Below, in pieces: positions 10,573 through 19,617 of a stretch of DNA of 25,801 nucleotides (position 1 is the stretch's first letter; the number at the start of each line of letters is the position of its first letter). The position numbers were made by a program, and so were the translations under genes. The stretch is from contig JBHIAH010000034.1 in assembly GCA_046758505.1 (NCBI GenBank), forward strand, positions 1 through 25,801, written 5' to 3'. This stretch comes from Candidatus Methylomirabilales bacterium (GTDB taxonomy: Bacteria; Methylomirabilota; Methylomirabilia; Methylomirabilales; CSP1-5). Under the pieces are notes generated by a model. That model had not been told where the DNA came from, did no database searches, and saw only the letters and a program-made list of their open reading frames with translations.

Positions 10573-10926
10573 CTACCCGCGGTACTCTCGCTGCGGCGCG
10601 TCCCCCCAGAGCCACTCCAGATCGTAGTAGCGCCGCGTTTCTTCGTCGAAAATATGGATGATGAGATCATGGTAGTCAAGCAAAATCCACCGCGCCTCTG
10701 GATACCCTTCCCGGTGATGCAGCCGGACATGCACCTTCTCCAGGCACTCCCCAATGTGATCGGCAATGGCACGCACATGCCGATCCGAATGTGCACTACA
10801 GATCAGAAAATGATCCGCAATGCTGGAGACGCCCCGGAGGTCCAGGATGATGGGATTGTTGGCCTTGACCTCCCAGGCTGCATGCGCTGCCAGATCGACC
10901 AGTCGCTCCGGATCTATGCTTCCCAT
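10573..10926 (-). CDS. rsfS: ribosome silencing factor RsfS (Iojap)
   Basis: DHFLICSAHSDRHVRAIAD, WILLDY.DLIIHIF..ETRRYYDLE.LW. Follows nadD as usual. Confidence 0.93.
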   Translation of the reverse strand: MGSIDPERLVDLAAHAAWEVKANNPIILDLRGVSSIADHFLICSAHSDRHVRAIADHIGECLEKVHVRLHHREGYPEARWILLDYHDLIIHIFDEETRRYYDLEWLWGDAPQREYRG

Positions 10927-11648
10927 CCTCCAAGCAGGCTGCCCTGGACCCCCTCCGCCCCTGCCCCTCTCCGTCCCTGATAGAGTTTGTTCTTCCCCAT
11001 ATACGCGGCCACGGTATCGGGGACCAGGAACCGGATGCTTCGCCCTTCCTCAACTAGCTGCCGGATCTCCCGAGAGGAGATATCGAGTGAGACCACTTCC
11101 ACCAGCAGGACCAGACCGGGGACCGGCCCCGGGCGACTCAGCTCCGGAGTGACCTCTGAGATCTTCAGGTACTTAAACTGCGGGGTGCCGAGTTGTCGAC
11201 GCTGCTCCGGCGTCAGGGTCTTTTCCACCTCATCGAGACGCCAGCCGGGGCGGGCGGTCACGATCACCTGGGCCAGGTGCAGGATCTCTTTCGCCTCTTT
11301 CCAGATGCTCATCTCCAGAAAGGCATCCACCCCCATGATGAAGCACAGGCGCGTCTCAGGGCCGTAGAGCCTGAGCAGCTCCCGGAGCGTCTCCACGGAG
11401 TACGATCGCCCCGGTCGGTTCAACTCGATGGGGGAGACGCTGAAGTACGGCGTAAAGACCGTGGCCAGCGAGACCATTTCATACCGATGAATCGCTGCCG
11501 CCACGTCCTGGTCACCCTTGTGGGGCGGACGGGCCGCGGGAACGAAGACAATGTGATCGAGGGCGAAGGCCCAATAGATCTCCTCGGCCGCCCGCAGATG
11601 ACCCAGATGGATTGGATCGAAGGTCCCCCCCATCACACCGATGCGCAT
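10914..11648 (-). CDS. nadD: nicotinate-nucleotide adenylyltransferase
   Basis: GGTFDPIHLGH, PPHK, SYSVETL, FIMGVDAF, ISSREIR. Start trimmed to ATG 11648. Confidence 0.95.
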   Translation of the reverse strand: MRIGVMGGTFDPIHLGHLRAAEEIYWAFALDHIVFVPAARPPHKGDQDVAAAIHRYEMVSLATVFTPYFSVSPIELNRPGRSYSVETLRELLRLYGPETRLCFIMGVDAFLEMSIWKEAKEILHLAQVIVTARPGWRLDEVEKTLTPEQRRQLGTPQFKYLKISEVTPELSRPGPVPGLVLLVEVVSLDISSREIRQLVEEGRSIRFLVPDTVAAYMGKNKLYQGRRGAGAEGVQGSLLGGWEA

Positions 11649-11666
11649 CCCTAAAACTCCACCTCG

Positions 11667-11748
11667 CTCATGGTTCACGGTTCATGGTTCATAGCCTAGC
11701 AACTACCAGACAGAACTGTTCCGATTGCGCTTCCATGAACTATGAACT
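11667..11748. repeat. heptamer (TTCATGG family) inverted repeat element
   Basis: CTCATGG-TTCACGG-TTCATGG-TTCATAG (11667-11694), a unique loop of about 38 nt, then CCATGAA-CTATGAA-CT (11733-11748). Abuts the proA stop. Confidence 0.85.
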
Positions 11749-11749
11749 C

Positions 11750-13015
11750 TCAACCGGGCGGGCGGTGGGAGTCACGGATCTGCCCCTCACCGAGCACGAT
11801 AAATTTCGCACAGGTCAATTCCTTGAGTCCCATCGGGCCCCGGGCGTGAAGCTTCTGCGTGCTGATGCCGATCTCCGCCCCCAATCCGAACTCCCCGCCG
11901 TCCGCAAAGCGGGTGGAGGCGTTGACACAGACCACGCCTGCATCCACCTCCCGCAGGAAACGCAGCGCCCGGCGGAAATCGGCGGTGACGATCGCCTCCG
12001 CGAGGCCCGAGCCGTACCGATGGATGTGCCCCACCGCTTCCTCGAAGGAATCGACGACCTTGATGGAGAGGATCAGATCGAGATATTCGGTCTCCCAATC
12101 GGTTTCCGTGGCTTCGGGAAGGTGCGGGAGGACCGTCCGCGTCTTCGGACAGCCTCGCAGCTGCACACCTGCCGCCGCAAGGCGCGCGGCCATCGGGGGC
12201 AGGATCTCACCGGCAATCCGTTCGTGCAGGAGCAGCGTCTCGACGGCATTGCAAACCCCCGGCCGCTCCACCTTGGCGTTCAGGACCAGCTCCTCGGCCA
12301 TGGAGAGATCGGCCGCCGCGTCCACATAGATATGACAGAGTCCCTTTTCGTGCGCAATGACCGGGATCGTCGATGTCTCCTTCACCGTCCGGACGAGGTC
12401 GGCGCCCCCTCGGGGGATGACGAGATCGATGTATCGGTCCAGCTTGAGGAGGGCGTGCACCGCCGCCCGATCGGTACTCTCCACGATCCCCACGGCCCCC
12501 TTGGGGAGCCCCGCCGCCTCTGCCGAGGCCGTCAGGATCCCCGCAATGGCCGTATTGCTTCGGATGGCCTCGGACCCCCCCCGTAGCAGAACGGCATTGC
12601 CAGCCTTCAGGCACAAGCCGGTCACATCGGCGGTGACATTCGGGCGGGATTCGTAGATGACGGCAACTACACCCAGGGGAACGCGCATACGACCCACCCA
12701 GAGGCCATTCGGGCGGCGCTCCATCCCGGTGACTTCCTCCACCGGATCCGGGAGGGCTACCACCTGCTCCAGTCCGTGCGCCATGCTCCGGACCCGGTCG
12801 ACCGTCAGCCGCAACCGATCCAGGAAGGCGCGCGGGTGTCCCTTCCCTTCCGCCGAGGCCAGATCGGCCGCGTTCGCCCGGAGGACCTCCGCGTGGCGAT
12901 CCATCAGGCCTTCGGCCATCGCCTGCAGGGCCCGATTCTTGACCGCGGTCGAGGCAAGCGCCAGTCCCCGCGCCGCCTCCCGGGCCCGGCTGGCTAGCGC
13001 CTCCACCTCCCTCAT
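11750..13015 (-). CDS. proA: glutamate-5-semialdehyde dehydrogenase
   Basis: IYESRPNVT, PGVCNAVETLL, NASTRFADGGEFGLGAEIGISTQKLHARGPMGL. Confidence 0.97.
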   Translation of the reverse strand: MREVEALASRAREAARGLALASTAVKNRALQAMAEGLMDRHAEVLRANAADLASAEGKGHPRAFLDRLRLTVDRVRSMAHGLEQVVALPDPVEEVTGMERRPNGLWVGRMRVPLGVVAVIYESRPNVTADVTGLCLKAGNAVLLRGGSEAIRSNTAIAGILTASAEAAGLPKGAVGIVESTDRAAVHALLKLDRYIDLVIPRGGADLVRTVKETSTIPVIAHEKGLCHIYVDAAADLSMAEELVLNAKVERPGVCNAVETLLLHERIAGEILPPMAARLAAAGVQLRGCPKTRTVLPHLPEATETDWETEYLDLILSIKVVDSFEEAVGHIHRYGSGLAEAIVTADFRRALRFLREVDAGVVCVNASTRFADGGEFGLGAEIGISTQKLHARGPMGLKELTCAKFIVLGEGQIRDSHRPPG

Positions 13016-14148
13016 TCTTGCATCTCCAGAATGACCAGGTTATCCCGGTGGATCACCTCGTCGGAGTGTTTGTAGCCCAACACCCGCTCGATCTCGGTAC
13101 TCTTCCGCCCCTTGATCTGCTCCACCTCTTCCGCGCTGTAATTGACCAGGCCCCGGGCAAACTCCTCCCTGTCCGGCCCCAGGATCGACACGACATCCCC
13201 GACATGAAACGCCTTCACCGTCCTCTGGACTCCGGAGGGGAGCAGGCTCCGTCCCTGGTGAATGAGGGCCCGCTTGGCTCCCCCATCGACCTGGATCCCT
13301 CCCTTTGGACGGGCGGCGAAGGCCAACCATCGCTTCCGGCTTCTCATCTTGGCCGCCTGGGGGAGGAAGAGGGTCCCCAGGGACTCGCCGGCAGCGAGGC
13401 GGAGCAGAATGTCCGGCGTCAGCCCATTTGCGGCCACCGCCGGAATGTGGGAAGCAGTGGCCAGCCGGGCCGCTTCCACTTTGGATGCCATCCCCCCGAT
13501 CCCGGTGAGGGTCTGGGTCGGGCCAGCCCAGAAGGCCTCAGGTGGAAACGGGCTGGAGAGGACCGGGATCAGCCGGGCCTCGCGACTGGTCCGGGGATCG
13601 GCGGTATAGAGCCCCTCCTGATCCGTGAGCATCACCAACAGATCCGCGTCCACCACCGAGGCAACCAACGCCGACAGAATATCATTATCCCCAAACTTGA
13701 TCTCCTCCACTGCCACGGTGTCATTTTCATTCACAATGGGGAGAACCCCCAGGGCGAGCAGCGTGAAGAGCGTGTTCCGCGCGTTCAGGTACCGGACCCG
13801 GTCCTGGACATCCTCTTGCGTGAGGAGCACCTGGGCGACCTTGACCCCGAACTGGGTAAAGGCCTCCTCGTACGTGGCCATCAGCACACCCTGTCCGATG
13901 GCGGCCGCCGCCTGTTTCAGGGGGATGCTGCGCGGGCGCACCTTCCGTTCGAGCCGTGCCAGCCCGGCCATTACCGCCCCCGACGAGACCAGGAGGATCT
14001 CAACCTCTTGCGCCATCAGCAAGGCAATCTGCTTTGCAAGCCCCTGGATTGCCTCTGCCTGCAGGCAGAGTGTCCCCCGCGATAGGACCCCCGAGCCCAC
14101 CTTGACCACGAGGCGTCTAACGTGTTTGCACAGTTCGGTCCGATCCAC
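13012..14148 (-). CDS. proB: glutamate 5-kinase (with PUA domain)
   Basis: VVKVGSG, VSSGAV, KQAAAAIGQ, NENDTV, FGDND, GGMASKV, SLLPSGV, VIHRDNL. Likely GTG start at 14148. Confidence 0.95.
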   Translation of the reverse strand: MDRTELCKHVRRLVVKVGSGVLSRGTLCLQAEAIQGLAKQIALLMAQEVEILLVSSGAVMAGLARLERKVRPRSIPLKQAAAAIGQGVLMATYEEAFTQFGVKVAQVLLTQEDVQDRVRYLNARNTLFTLLALGVLPIVNENDTVAVEEIKFGDNDILSALVASVVDADLLVMLTDQEGLYTADPRTSREARLIPVLSSPFPPEAFWAGPTQTLTGIGGMASKVEAARLATASHIPAVAANGLTPDILLRLAAGESLGTLFLPQAAKMRSRKRWLAFAARPKGGIQVDGGAKRALIHQGRSLLPSGVQRTVKAFHVGDVVSILGPDREEFARGLVNYSAEEVEQIKGRKSTEIERVLGYKHSDEVIHRDNLVILEMQE

Positions 14149-15154
14149 CGGTTTCCCTGTGCGCCGGCCCCCCCCAGAGGCCTCGCCGGAGCCCATCGGT
14201 GAGGGCGGAAAGGCCTTCCCCCGTTACGGCCGACACGGGGTACAGCGGGATCCCCCGGCCGGCAAAATAGGGTCGGCACCGCGCCAGATTCCTGGCGTGC
14301 GGCAGGTCGACCTTATTCGCCGCCACCACGCGGAAGAGATGCGGGGGGACCCGCCCATACGCCTGCACTTCTTCCTCCACCACTGCAAATGTCTTGAGGG
14401 GGTCCTGCCCCTCCGAGATATCGAGGACATGCACGATGACCCGCACCCGCTCGATGTGCCGGAGAAAGCTCAGGCCAAGCCCGGCACCGCCCGAAGCCCC
14501 AGCAATGAGCCCCGGGATGTCGGCAACCGTCACTTGTTCATTCGGAGAGAGATCGAGGACCCCCAGGTTGGGGGTCAGGGTGGTGAAGGGATACTCGGCG
14601 ATCTTTGGCCGTGCGGCGGTCAGCGCCCGGAGCAGCGTGGACTTGCCGGCATTGGGCGCCCCCACCAAGCCGATATCGGCAAGCAGCTTGAGCTCGAGGA
14701 GGAGCGTCCGCGCCTCGCCCGCCTCTCCGTCTTCGGCAATGCGCGGCGCCTGCCGCGTCGCCGTCGCAAAGGCCGCGTTTCCCCTGCCGCCACGACCGCC
14801 GCGGGCGACCACGACCCGCTGCCCCTCTTCCGTGAGGTCCCCCAAGAGCCTCCCGGCCTCTTGGTCCGTGATCACCGTGCCCAGGGGAACGCGCACAATC
14901 ACATCGGCCCCGTCACGACCGTGCTTCTTCTTCCCCTGCCCGTGGGCCCCACCTGGGGCCCGATACACCTGCTGATATTTCAGATCGATCAGCGTGCTCA
15001 CCGATCGGGAGGTTTCCACAAGGACGCTGCCGCCCCGACCCCCGTCTCCCCCGTCCGGACCGCCCCGGGGGACGTACTTCTCACGCCGAAAGCTGATGCA
15101 TCCCTTTCCGCCGTGACCTGCTTTGACCTTGATCCGGGCGACATCGATGAACAC
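14117..15154 (-). CDS. obgE: GTPase ObgE/CgtA
   Basis: FRREKYVPRGGPDGGDGG, GAPNAGKST, YPFTTLTPNLG, DIPG, NKVD. Likely GTG start at 15154. Confidence 0.95.
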   Translation of the reverse strand: MFIDVARIKVKAGHGGKGCISFRREKYVPRGGPDGGDGGRGGSVLVETSRSVSTLIDLKYQQVYRAPGGAHGQGKKKHGRDGADVIVRVPLGTVITDQEAGRLLGDLTEEGQRVVVARGGRGGRGNAAFATATRQAPRIAEDGEAGEARTLLLELKLLADIGLVGAPNAGKSTLLRALTAARPKIAEYPFTTLTPNLGVLDLSPNEQVTVADIPGLIAGASGGAGLGLSFLRHIERVRVIVHVLDISEGQDPLKTFAVVEEEVQAYGRVPPHLFRVVAANKVDLPHARNLARCRPYFAGRGIPLYPVSAVTGEGLSALTDGLRRGLWGGPAHRETGGSDRTVQTR

Positions 15155-15170
15155 GCAGCCTACTTGCTCC

Positions 15171-15358
15171 TCAGCTATCAGCAGCCAGAAAAATAAAGCA
15201 GTCAGCAATGACCGGAAAGCAGGGTAAAAACAAGGCTCTCAGCTATCAGCAGTGTGCTATCAGCACACGGGATCATCGCTGGAATCTGACCATTTGCTGA
15301 TTGCTGGCGGCTGACCGCTGACCGCTGTCAATTTGCTGACAGCGGATAGCTGACTGCT
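15171..15358. repeat. heptamer (GCTGACN/NGTCAGC family) inverted repeat element with internal hairpins
   Basis: GCTATCA/GCAGTCA units on the left and GCTGATT-GCTGGCG-GCTGACC-GCTGACC on the right. Hairpins GTGTGCT-ATC-AGCACAC (15252-15268) and CCGCTGTCA-N6-TGACAGCGG (15322-15345). Confidence 0.8.
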
Positions 15359-15360
15359 TC

Positions 15361-15630
15361 TTAGGGCTCCTCACCCCGCGCTGGGATGACGTGCACGAAC
15401 CGCCCTCGCCCCTCCCGGTGCACGACGGAAACAACGCCGGTCACCTTCGCGTAGAGGGTATCGTCCCGGCCGATCCCGACATTCCACCCCGGTTTGAATC
15501 GCGTGCCGCGCTGCCGAACCAGGATGCTCCCGCCGGGAACCCTTTGTCCGGCGAAGGCCTTCATCCCGAGCCGCTTCGACTCGCTGTCCCGGCCGTTTCT
15601 CGAGCTGCCCATCCCCTTCTTATGCGCCAT
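15361..15630 (-). CDS. rpmA: 50S ribosomal protein L27
   Basis: [24 protein letters not shown]. No Firmicute-type N-terminal extension. Confidence 0.98.
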   Translation of the reverse strand: MAHKKGMGSSRNGRDSESKRLGMKAFAGQRVPGGSILVRQRGTRFKPGWNVGIGRDDTLYAKVTGVVSVVHREGRGRFVHVIPARGEEP

Positions 15631-15640
15631 TGTCCTCTCC

Positions 15641-15739
15641 GTTCATGGTTGATGGTTCATGGTTCATGGCACATTCATCGGAGAAAGCTCATATCGAATT
15701 GTCTGTGTAAGCCCTGAACCCTGAACTCTGAACTATGAA
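15641..15739. repeat. heptamer (TTCATGG family) inverted repeat element
   Basis: TTCATGG-TTGATGG-TTCATGG-TTCATGG (15642-15669), a loop of about 43 nt, then CCTGAAC-CCTGAAC-TCTGAAC-TATGAA (15713-15739), which contains the rplU stop. Confidence 0.85.
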
Positions 15740-16050
15740 TCCCCAGTGATTTCCTGCACCTGGAGCCGGGTGAGCGGCTGACGGTGTCCAGTCTTCCGCC
15801 GGTACTTCCTCCGCCGCCGGAACTTGAAGACCGTTACCTTGGGACCCCGGACCTGCCCCAGGATCGTCGCTCGGACCTTCGCCCCAGAGACGACCGGCGC
15901 CCCGACCTTGACCTCTTCTCCGTCGCCGACCAGCAGGACCCGCGAAAGCTCCACGACTTCCCCGACGTTCCCGGGCAGACGCTCTACGGCAACGACCCCT
16001 CCCGGGGTCACCCGGTATTGCTTTCCTCCCGTCTCTACAATGGCATACAT
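15733..16050 (-). CDS. rplU: 50S ribosomal protein L21
   Basis: MYAIVETGGKQYRV, GHRQPLT. SD GAGGTG before ATG 16050. Confidence 0.98.
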   Translation of the reverse strand: MYAIVETGGKQYRVTPGGVVAVERLPGNVGEVVELSRVLLVGDGEEVKVGAPVVSGAKVRATILGQVRGPKVTVFKFRRRRKYRRKTGHRQPLTRLQVQEITGDS

Positions 16051-16089
16051 GTCCACCTCTGTGCCTCGCGCCCGCCGCGCGGACCTCAT

Positions 16090-16118
16090 TTTGTATCAGG
16101 AATGCCCGCGCCTGTCAA
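16090..16118 (-). promoter_or_regulatory. sigma70 promoter of the rplU-rpmA-obgE operon
   Basis: Minus strand reads TTGACA-N17-TACAAA(AT), with TG just upstream of the -10 element. Confidence 0.55.
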
Positions 16119-16200
16119 GGAACCTGCCGGCCCACCGCGGGATGGCGCGGGACGTCTGTGCTCCCCGGGCAAGACCCCCGGGGCAGGCCGCGCAGCGCCG

Positions 16201-17730
16201 CTACCCTTCGGCAACTTGGTACTTCTGGGCTGACCACCCCTCCTCGGAGGCGAGGACGATCTCGCCCCCGTACTTCTGCTGCAGCGCTTCGATTGCCTCC
16301 GCCTCCTCGGCCCTCAGCCAGTTGATCACCTCGCCGTGCGCGCGGATCTTGATGTAGGTCGGCTTCCGTTTGACCATTCGCCACTCGGCCTCTCGGAGAA
16401 TCTGATGGGCGAGCGAGGGGATGGCCCGGAGCAGCCCGGTCCCCCCGCAGGTGGGACAGCTCACGCTGAGAGAGCGAATGAGCCCCTGCTTCACCCGCTT
16501 GCGGGTCATCTCCACGAGACCCAGCTCGGAGAGCAGGGCCACGTTGGTCGGAGAGCGGTCGGACTTGAGGTGGTCCTTGAGCTCCGCGAGCACCCGATCA
16601 CGGTGATCCTGCCTCGCCATGTCGATGAAGTCGATAATGACGATCCCTCCGAGATCCCGGAGGCGGACCTGACGGGCAATCTCCCGGGCCGCTTCCAGAT
16701 TCGTCTTGAAGACGGTCTCCTCGAAATCGTGTTTGCCGACGTAGCGACCGGTATTTACATCGATCGAGACCAACGCCTCAGTCTCCTCGATGACGAGATA
16801 GCCGCCTGATTTGAGCCACACCTTGGGCCGGAGGGCCTTTTCGATCTCCCGCTCGACCCCGAACGACCGAAAGATGGATTCCTCCTCGGTGTAGAGGAAG
16901 AGGTGGGAGCGGAGATCGGGGAACAGGGATTCCACGAACTCCAGACACCGCTCATATTCCGCTTCACTATCGACCACCAACCGGGTGACCTCGCGCGTGA
17001 AGAGATCGCGGAAAATCCGAAAGACCAGGTCAAGATCCCTTTGGACCAAGGCGGCTGCCGTGACCGTTTCGGCCCTGGCCCGGATCTGTCGCCAGAGGGA
17101 GCGGAGAAACTCCAGGTCAGCGGCGATCTCATCGCGCTTCTTTCCCATCCCGGCGGTTCGGACAATCACCCCTTCCGTCCCGACACTCAACTCCTGGACG
17201 AGCTGGCGGAGACGGACCCGCTCTCCCTCGTTCTCGATCTTCCGGGAGATGCCGATATGCTGCTCCGTCGGCATGTAGACGAGATAGCGTCCCGGAAGGG
17301 TGATGTGGGATGTGATCCGGGCCCCCTTCGTTCCCAACGGCTCTCGGGCCACTTGGACCAGCACCTCCTGCCCCTCTTGGAGCAGTTCCTCGATGGAGGG
17401 TTGTCCCTGACGGGGGGGTCGCTTGGGAGGAGGGGTCGCCATCAGCCTCTCTTCTCCCTCGGCCTCCTCGCCCACCGCGAACATCCGCTCGTAGTCTTCG
17501 AGATCTTCGTAGATATCTCGGACGTAGAGGAAGGCGTCCTTGCTGAGGCCGATATCCACAAAGGCCGCCTGCATCCCGGGCAGGATCTTCAGCACCCGTC
17601 CCTTGTAGATATTCCCGGCCAGTCCCTCGTTCCGCGCGTCCCCGATCATGAGCTCCGCCAGCTGACCGTCCTCAAGGACCGCCACGCGGGTCTCCACCAT
17701 CGAGGAGTTAACAATGATTTCACGCTTCAT
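16201..17730 (-). CDS. rng: Rne/Rng family ribonuclease (RNase G-like, catalytic domain only)
   Basis: GNIYKGRV..ILPGMQAAFVDIG, GTKGARIT, IDVNTG, LRDLGGIVIIDFIDM, CPTCGGTG. Family-typical N-terminus MKREIIVN at ATG 17730. The upstream in-frame 97 codons look non-homologous. Confidence 0.93.
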   Translation of the reverse strand: MKREIIVNSSMVETRVAVLEDGQLAELMIGDARNEGLAGNIYKGRVLKILPGMQAAFVDIGLSKDAFLYVRDIYEDLEDYERMFAVGEEAEGEERLMATPPPKRPPRQGQPSIEELLQEGQEVLVQVAREPLGTKGARITSHITLPGRYLVYMPTEQHIGISRKIENEGERVRLRQLVQELSVGTEGVIVRTAGMGKKRDEIAADLEFLRSLWRQIRARAETVTAAALVQRDLDLVFRIFRDLFTREVTRLVVDSEAEYERCLEFVESLFPDLRSHLFLYTEEESIFRSFGVEREIEKALRPKVWLKSGGYLVIEETEALVSIDVNTGRYVGKHDFEETVFKTNLEAAREIARQVRLRDLGGIVIIDFIDMARQDHRDRVLAELKDHLKSDRSPTNVALLSELGLVEMTRKRVKQGLIRSLSVSCPTCGGTGLLRAIPSLAHQILREAEWRMVKRKPTYIKIRAHGEVINWLRAEEAEAIEALQQKYGGEIVLASEEGWSAQKYQVAEG

Positions 17731-18344
17731 GGCCACCGGGATGGATCGGATGGACTGCGCCGAACCCTTCGCCCTTCCTGCGACCGCTGCGGGGACGGTG
17801 AGCTGTGACGTAAGCCCCAGGTCAGCCTCGGGGGGATCACCCTCATCGACGGAAAGCCCACCGACAGCGGCGCAGGCCGCAGTGGGCCCTCCCCGTGCAA
17901 CACGAGTACGCCAGTCGACATTCTCCCGGGCACCGCGAGCGTCCTCTGCGCCCTTGCTCGTTGTGGCGGAGGATACGAGCCCGGCCTCCCTTCCAGTGCC
18001 CGCCGGTCGACTGCGGGCCACATTTTCTCATCGATAAGACACGTCTATAAGAAACGTAACGCATTTTCCTGCGGAAGTAAAGCCGTCACCCGCGGACCGG
18101 GAGGGGACGATCGAGCTCCGCGGAAGGGCGAGGCGTTTGTGTCCGCCAATCCCTTCATAGTCGGGGGATTAGAACGATCCGCACCTGCGTGCGCAGCCGT
18201 GCGCGTGGGGGAAGGAGTGGCCGAGGGCTTCTCCCGAGAAAGGGGTCCGTGGTCCGCCCACGGCGCTCGGCCCTTCACCGCAAACGGCATTGACCGTCGA
18301 GCCAGTGCATGATATATGAATAGGTTACACGCATGGAGGGCTCC

Positions 18345-18719
18345 ATGAGTCACAAGGTTCTCATCAAGGCAGGGGATGTGACGGCCGAGGCGGTCCTCAA
18401 CGACACCCCCACCGCCCAGGCGTTCTGGGAGGCGCTTCCGATCACCGGCAAGGCGAACACCTGGGGGGACGAAATCTACTTCGCCACCCCCGTCAAGGAG
18501 GAGCTCGATCCCACCGCCACCGAGACGGTGGAAAAAGGGGACCTGGGATACTGGCCCCCCGGTCGGGCCTTCTGCATCTTTTTCGGACCGACCCCCGCCA
18601 GCACGGGAACCGAGATTCGGCCTGCGAGTGCGGTCAACCTCATCGGCCGCGTCGCCGGAGACCCGACCATCTTCAAGAAGGTCAAAGACGGGGCCCGCGT
18701 CCAGATCGACCCCGCCTGA
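18345..18719 (+). CDS. cyclophilin-like fold protein (DUF369/TM1367-like)
   Basis: WGDEIYF, GDLGYWPPGRAFCIFFGPTPAS..EIRPASAVN. SD GGAGG before ATG 18345. Upstream TTGACC at 18290. Confidence 0.85.
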   Translation: MSHKVLIKAGDVTAEAVLNDTPTAQAFWEALPITGKANTWGDEIYFATPVKEELDPTATETVEKGDLGYWPPGRAFCIFFGPTPASTGTEIRPASAVNLIGRVAGDPTIFKKVKDGARVQIDPA

Positions 18720-18872
18720 CCCGTTCCCGCCACCCCCTTCTTCCCTCCGGACCGAAACTGCAACCCCGTGAGAGCTCGACACACAGGGGAGGGCCAATCT
18801 CTTTCTCTCCGCTCGTGACCGATCATCGGGACCAGACGACCTGCCTCTCGACAGAGGGGGGAAGAAAAACCG

Positions 18873-18901
18873 TTTCCATTCTCGAACGGATCGGCTAGAA
18901 T
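18873..18901 (+). promoter_or_regulatory. putative sigma70 promoter of the methyltransferase cluster
   Basis: TTTCCA-N17-TAGAAT, then AGGAG at about 18921. Confidence 0.5.
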
Positions 18902-18936
18902 ACGGTCCGCCCGATCCCCAGGAGAACGGTGACCGC

Positions 18937-19617
18937 ATGGATTCACGATGGCGACTCTCCCAGAAATCCGTGAAGCGGGCCTATGAGGTTGTCTCGCCTG
19001 TGTACGATCTCATCTTCGAGCGCATCTTCTATCCCGGGCGGGTCGAGGCCATCAAGCTCCTGGACCCCGGCCCGCAAGATCAGGTCCTGGAGGTTGGGAT
19101 TGGCACCGGCCTGAACCTGCCTCTGTATCCCCGCCATCGCCAACTGGTGGGTATGGATCTCTCGGGACACATGCTGCGCAAAGCCCGCGAGCGGGTCCTC
19201 GATCTCAACGCCACCCACGTGAGTCTCGTGGTGATGGATGCCATGCACATGGGATTCCAGGACGACGCCTTTGACCATGTCCTCGCCACCTACGTCATCA
19301 GCGTGGTCCCGGATCCCATCCAGGTCCTTCAGGAGATCAAGCGGGTGTGCCGCCCGAAGGGGCAGATCATCATCCTCAATCATTTTCGAAGCGACCATCC
19401 CGTCATGGGGCGGCTCGAGCGAATGATGGCCCCCCTCATCACGCGGACAGGCCTCTTCAAGCCGGACCTCCAACTCAGCCCGCTCTTAGAGCACGTGGGC
19501 CTGGTCCCGGATCAGATCCACCGCGTCAACCTGCTCAGCGGCTGGCGCCTCATCCGGTGCGTCAACTCCAAGGAGACCGAGGCCGGTCCGATCGAAGGAG
19601 ACGAAAATGGCTTCTAG
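18937..19617 (+). CDS. class I SAM-dependent methyltransferase, PmtA (phosphatidylethanolamine N-methyltransferase)-like
   Basis: VKRAY....PVYD..F, VLEVGIGTGLNL, YVISVVPDP, LNHF. Confidence 0.8.
   Translation: MDSRWRLSQKSVKRAYEVVSPVYDLIFERIFYPGRVEAIKLLDPGPQDQVLEVGIGTGLNLPLYPRHRQLVGMDLSGHMLRKARERVLDLNATHVSLVVMDAMHMGFQDDAFDHVLATYVISVVPDPIQVLQEIKRVCRPKGQIIILNHFRSDHPVMGRLERMMAPLITRTGLFKPDLQLSPLLEHVGLVPDQIHRVNLLSGWRLIRCVNSKETEAGPIEGDENGF

Noticed and set aside
13625..15196. Long antisense or alternative-frame ORFs (e.g. 13625-15196 +, 13018-14085 +, 21613-22827 -, 23046-24221 -)
   Set aside because: Shadow ORFs are expected opposite real genes in high-GC DNA, and these have no family motifs.
10104..16050. 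rplU-rpmA-obgE-proB-proA-nadD-rsfS gene order as a novelty
   Set aside because: This is a widely conserved bacterial arrangement.
17731..18021. 97-aa N-terminal extension of Rng
   Set aside because: Composition is not family-like and the Rne/Rng homology starts at MKREIIVN. The region is better explained as a structured leader.
18720..18870. Possible 6S or other ncRNA between the cyclophilin-like gene and the methyltransferase
   Set aside because: Only partial complementarity between pyrimidine-rich and purine-rich ends was seen, with no convincing rod structure or known motif.
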